A stretch of DNA of 64,000 bases from Chiloscyllium plagiosum (taxonomy: Eukaryota), in contig NC_057719.1 in assembly GCF_004010195.1 (NCBI RefSeq), forward strand, positions 70,849,526-70,913,525, read 5' to 3'. The translations under genes and the position numbers were made by a program. Shown here piece after piece: positions 59,565 through 64,000 of the stretch (positions are counted from its first letter, which is position 1; every line of letters starts with the position of its first letter). The notes under the pieces were generated by a model. That model ran no database searches. It was not told the origin of the DNA and saw nothing but the letters and a program-made list of their open reading frames with translations.

Positions 59565-62310
59565 ATGAGACCATGAGATAAAACACAGAATGAATCCATT
59601 CAGCCCACTGAGTCTGCTCTGCCATTTGATCATGGCTGATACATTTCTTAACCCCATTCTCCTGCCTTCTCCAGTAACCTTAGATCCCCCTACTGATCAA
59701 GAACCTAGCTATCTCTGTCTTAAACCCACTCAATGACTTGGCTTTCACAGCTTTCTGCAGCAATGAGTTCCACAGATTCACCACCCTCTGGCTGAAGAAA
59801 TTCCTCCTCATTTCAGTTCTAAAGTATTTCCCTTCACTCTGAGGCTGTGCCCTTGAGTCCTACCAGTGGAAATATCTTTTCCACATCCACTTTATCCTAG
59901 CCTCTCAGTATTCAGTATACAGATGCAGAATCCTCAATTGCTCCTCACATACGAAGCACTTCATCCTCTGTTAGCATTCTTGTATACCTCCTCTTGACCC
60001 TCTCAAAGGCTAGCACATCCTACTTTAGATACAGGGCCCAAAACATTCCAAATTGACCAGAACTTATACAGCCTCAGCTGTACATCTTTGCTCCTGTAAT
60101 CTAGCCCCCTCAAATTGCATGTTAACATTGCATTTGCCTTCCTAACTGCCAACTGAATCTGCATGGTAATCTTAAGAGATTCCTGAACTAGGACTCCTAA
60201 GTGTTTTTATGCTTCAGATTTCAAAAGCCTTTCCACATTTAGAAAATAAGAATTCTAACAAATTTTCAAAGAATTCTAACAGATTTGTCAAGGATGACCA
60301 CCCCTTAATCAATCCAAGCAAACATAACCCTTTTTTTGTTCCATGCATTACTAAGTCCTGCACAATCTCATCCTTAGTAATGGATTTTAAAATCTGACCA
60401 ACGACCGAGGTCAAACTAATGAGCTGATGATTTCCCGCCTTCTGCCTCCCTCCCTTCTTAAACAGGGGTGTCATATTAGCCATTTTCCAGTTCTCTGGCG
60501 TCTTCCCTGACTCCAGACATTCCTGAAAGATCACTATCAATATGTCCACAATGTCGTCAGCTATCTCCTTCAGAACTCTGGGGTGTAGTCCATCCAATCA
60601 GGGTGATTTATCCACCTTCAGACTTTTCCCGGCATCTTCTCCTTAGTGATCCACTAAGCACTCTTCTGCCCCTTGACTTTCTTAAAGTTCTGGTATGTTG
60701 CTGGTGTCTTACACCATGAAGACTGATGCAAAGTATCAATTCAGTTTCTCTGCCATTTCTTTGTTCTCTATTACTACTTCTTCAGAATCATTTTCCAGCA
60801 GTCCAATGTCTACTGTTGCATCTCTCTTACCATTTGTATTTATACAAAAATCTCTTGTGATCTTCTTTTGTATTGCTAGCTGGCTTTACCTTACATTATA
60901 TCTTCTCCCCCATACCTTATTGCTTTTTTAGTTGCCTTCTGCTGGTCTTTAAAGGCTTCCTAATTCTTTGGCTTCCACATTTTTGGCTTCCCACTATTGT
61001 ATGCATTTTCTTTTATGCTATTCCTAACTTCCACTGTCTGTCATGGTTGCCTCATCCTCCCCTTTGTATATTTCATCTCCCTTGTGATGAATTTCTGCTC
61101 TGCCTCTTGAATTACCCCCAGAACCTCCTGCTATTGCTGTTCCACCACCTTCCCTGCTACACCCCCCTTCCAATCAACTCCAGCCAGTTCCTTCCTCATC
61201 CACCTTAACTCAATTGTAATACTGTTACAGCTGATTCCAGCTTCTCCCTCTCAAACAGCAGGGTGAATTCTGTCATATTTATCGTCACTGCTCCCTAGAG
61301 GTTCCTTCACCCTCAGCTCTGTAATTAAGTCAGTCTCATGATGCACCACCAAATCCAGAATTGGTCTGTTCACTAGTGGGCTCAACCACAAGCTGCTCCA
61401 AAAAAATTGTCTTAGACATTCCACAAATTCCTTTTCTTGGGATCTGCTACAAACCTGATTTTCCCAGTCTACCTGCTTATTGAAGTTTCCTTTGATTATT
61501 GTGATGTTTTTACATGTCTTTTCCATCTCTTAATTAATTTTCTGCCTCACTTACTGACTACTATTAGGAGACCTGTACACAACTCCCATTTACCCACTGA
61601 TGTTCTTTAACTCACATGGATTTTATGCATTCCAACCCGATAATGTTTCCTGAAGTTACGAACAAGGCAATACCACCCTCTTTGCCTGTCTTTTTCATAA
61701 GACAGATCCATAATTCCCTTGGAGCCATGTCTTGGTGATACCCAAAACACCATACTTGCCAATTTAAATCTACGCTACAAGCTCATTTACGTTGTTTTGA
61801 ATACTGTGGGCATTCAAGTACAACACCTCAGTTCTATGTTGACTGCGCCACTTCTCAAAATTGTCCCCTAACCTGCTGCCTGAAATTAGGTTCCTGATCC
61901 TTTCCATACTCTCTATTACTTGTTCTGGAAACATTAATAAATCCTCCTGAGACTTCCTCCCTGTTAGCTTTTTCAGTGCAAGTGAACTGTTAGGCAAACG
62001 TGAGGGCTGAGGCTCCTTCAGCACTACCTCCTGGATCACTCTACTCTCACTCATAGTTACACCCTCCTATCCCCAACCATGGACTGAATTTGAGGTGTGA
62101 CTGCTCCTTGAAACACAATATCCAGGTAACTCTCCCCCTTCCTGATGTGTTACATTGTTCGAAGGTCAGACTGCAGCTCATCAACTCTGAGCTGGATTCC
62201 CTCAAGCAACCAACCCTTGTTATAGATGTTGTCACTGTGAACTACAATGAGGTCCACCCGCTCCCACAGCATGCAGGTACAACACATCACAAGATTCTGT
62301 ATTCTATTTT
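59565..62310 (-). mobile_element. Internally deleted, near full-span CR1 LINE pseudo-element
   Basis: ORF1 remnant at 62047-62300. APE remnants LYLNAHSIQN (61770-62054) and IIKGNFN..VDW...ILDLV...EPLGSSD (61251-61526). RT GLHPRVLKE...WKMANMTPLFKKG...ISLTSVVG...LTNLLEFFE (60214-60597). 3' tail at 59565. Confidence 0.9.
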
Positions 62311-62481
62311 AATTTAATTCTTCTTGAATTGTTTTCTTTTAATTTTGTAGTGGTCTTTTAGACTATAGCCTGTGAATATTTCTCCTATGTGTCTTCAATA
62401 GGAACTTAACCTACAATAGATAGTCAAATTAGCAGCTATTTAACCTGTTAAAAAAAACCTTACAAAGTATAGGCCAAACAA

Positions 62482-62752
62482 GGGGGGCAGCATGGTGGCT
62501 CGGTAGTTAGCAATACCCCCTCACAGTGCCAGGGACCTGCATTTGATTCCTGCCTCCAGTGACTGTGTGGAGTTTGTACAATCACATTGAGTCTGCATGG
62601 GTTTCCTCCCACAGTCCAAAGGTGTGCAGGCTAGGTGGATTAGCCATGGAAACTGCACAGTTACTGGCATGGGTCTAGGTGGGAAGCTCTTCGGAAAGTC
62701 GGTGTTGACTTGATGGGCTAAATGCCCTGCATTATGCTAGAAGGGTTCTATT
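62482..62752 (+). mobile_element. V-SINE (HE1-like), diverged
   Basis: GGGGGCAGCATGGTGGCTCGGTAGTTAGC head and V-domain. Confidence 0.8.
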
Positions 62753-62879
62753 TTTCTAAATAAAAGCAACCATAAAAACACCTTTTTCCCTCTACACTAA
62801 ATTTCCATTTGCCTTCAAAGTCCTTAACTATATAGTCACTTGGGCTGTGTCTCACTCTAGATACGACCTCTCCTTCATA

Positions 62880-63215
62880 ACCATGTAAAACTTACTGATA
62901 GTTAATGGGGAGAAACTGTTCCAATTCATGAAAATATTGAGGATGATAGGACAGCAGTTTAAAGTGATTTGCAAACATAACAAATGTGCTATGAGGAAAA
63001 GCATTTTCACAAGAGTGTTTCGGGTTTGGAATGCACGACCTGGGAGTTTGGCAGAATCAATGACAGCATTCAACAAGATATTGTTTCTATGTGAATAATT
63101 ATTCAACGTGCAAGGCACATGGAACTAAACCATAAAGCTTGTGAAGAGCTGATGCAAACAAAAGGAGCTGAATTGCACTGTATTTGTGCTGGAACAATTC
63201 TATGATTCTGTGATA
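62880..63215 (+). mobile_element. Old CR1 3' fragment
   Basis: Remnant MRKSIFTRVFRVWNARP. ATTCTATGATTCTGTGA tail. Confidence 0.6.
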
Positions 63216-63269
63216 TCACAAAACAGCTGAAGGACCTGAACACTGCAAAGGCTCTGTGTTCCAGAACTA

Positions 63270-64000
63270 GCCATGCACCAAACCAAGCTGTTCCAATACA
63301 TCTACAACACTGGTATCTACCTGGCAATGTGGAAATTTGCTCAGATATGGCTGTACACAATAAGCAGGACAAATCTATCCTGGTCAATTACCGCACTATC
63401 ATTCTACTTTTGATGATCAATAAAATGATGCAAGGGTCATGAATAGTGCTGTCAAACAGCATTTGTGAAGCAAAACCTACCCACTGATGCTTAATTTGGA
63501 TTCTGTCAGGGCTACTCAGCTCCTGACCTTATTACAGCCTTGGTACAATCATGGACAAAAGAGCTGAATTCCAGAGGTGAGCTCAGAGCCCCAGCCCTTG
63601 ACATCATGGCTGCATTTGGCTGAGTGTGGCATTAAGGAGCAAAACGGGAGTCAATGGGAATCAGAGAAAACTCTCTTTTGGTTGAAGTAATATCTGGCAC
63701 AAAGTAAGATGGTCGTGGTTGTTGGGGGTCAGTCATCTCAGCACCAGAATGTCTCTGCAGGAATTCCTTATGGCACTGCCCTAGGCCCAACTACCTTCTT
63801 CACAAGGTCAGAGTTTTGATGATGACTGCAAAACATTCAATAGCATTCATGATGCCTTTGAAACTGGAGCAGTCATGTCCAAGTACAGAAGACTTGGACA
63901 ATATCCAAGTTTGAGCTGACAAGTGGCAAGTAACGTTCATGGCACACAAGTGACCAGGCAATGAACATCCTTAACAATTGCCTTTTGACATTCGATGACA
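63270..64000 (+). mobile_element. CR1-clade LINE (second family) RT region, decayed
   Basis: Remnants KLFQYIYNTGIYLAMWK, KQDKS..VNYRTIILL, FGFCQGYSAPDLITALVQSWTKELN, ALDIMAAFG.VWH and SAGIPYGTALGPT. Confidence 0.8.

Overview
Eukaryotic, repeat-rich genomic DNA from a cartilaginous fish, most likely a shark (inferred from HE1/V-SINE, CR1/HER1-type LINE and DeuSINE-like content). The window holds one protein-coding gene: single-exon FOXG1 (+, 35658-36887, 409 aa). It has a GC-rich CCAAT promoter next to a 341-N assembly gap and a 3'UTR carrying seed matches for miR-9, miR-200, miR-30, miR-34 and miR-101. The gene sits in a ~31 kb domain (~21-52 kb) that keeps its CpGs and is almost free of transposons from ~25 to ~55 kb, consistent with a DNA-methylation valley / regulatory block. 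Both flanks are dense in decayed CR1, RTE, SINE and Penelope-like elements (PLEs). The most unusual signal is six minimal type-I hammerhead ribozyme motifs from three PLE-related families, two with intact cores. One short insertion has an internal head-to-tail junction at or near the predicted self-cleavage site. Also noted: two three-level nested insertions with readable target-site duplications (TSDs), a 50-bp locally templated insertion and an isolated ~80-nt hairpin. All calls are by eye. Repeat family names and boundaries are approximate.
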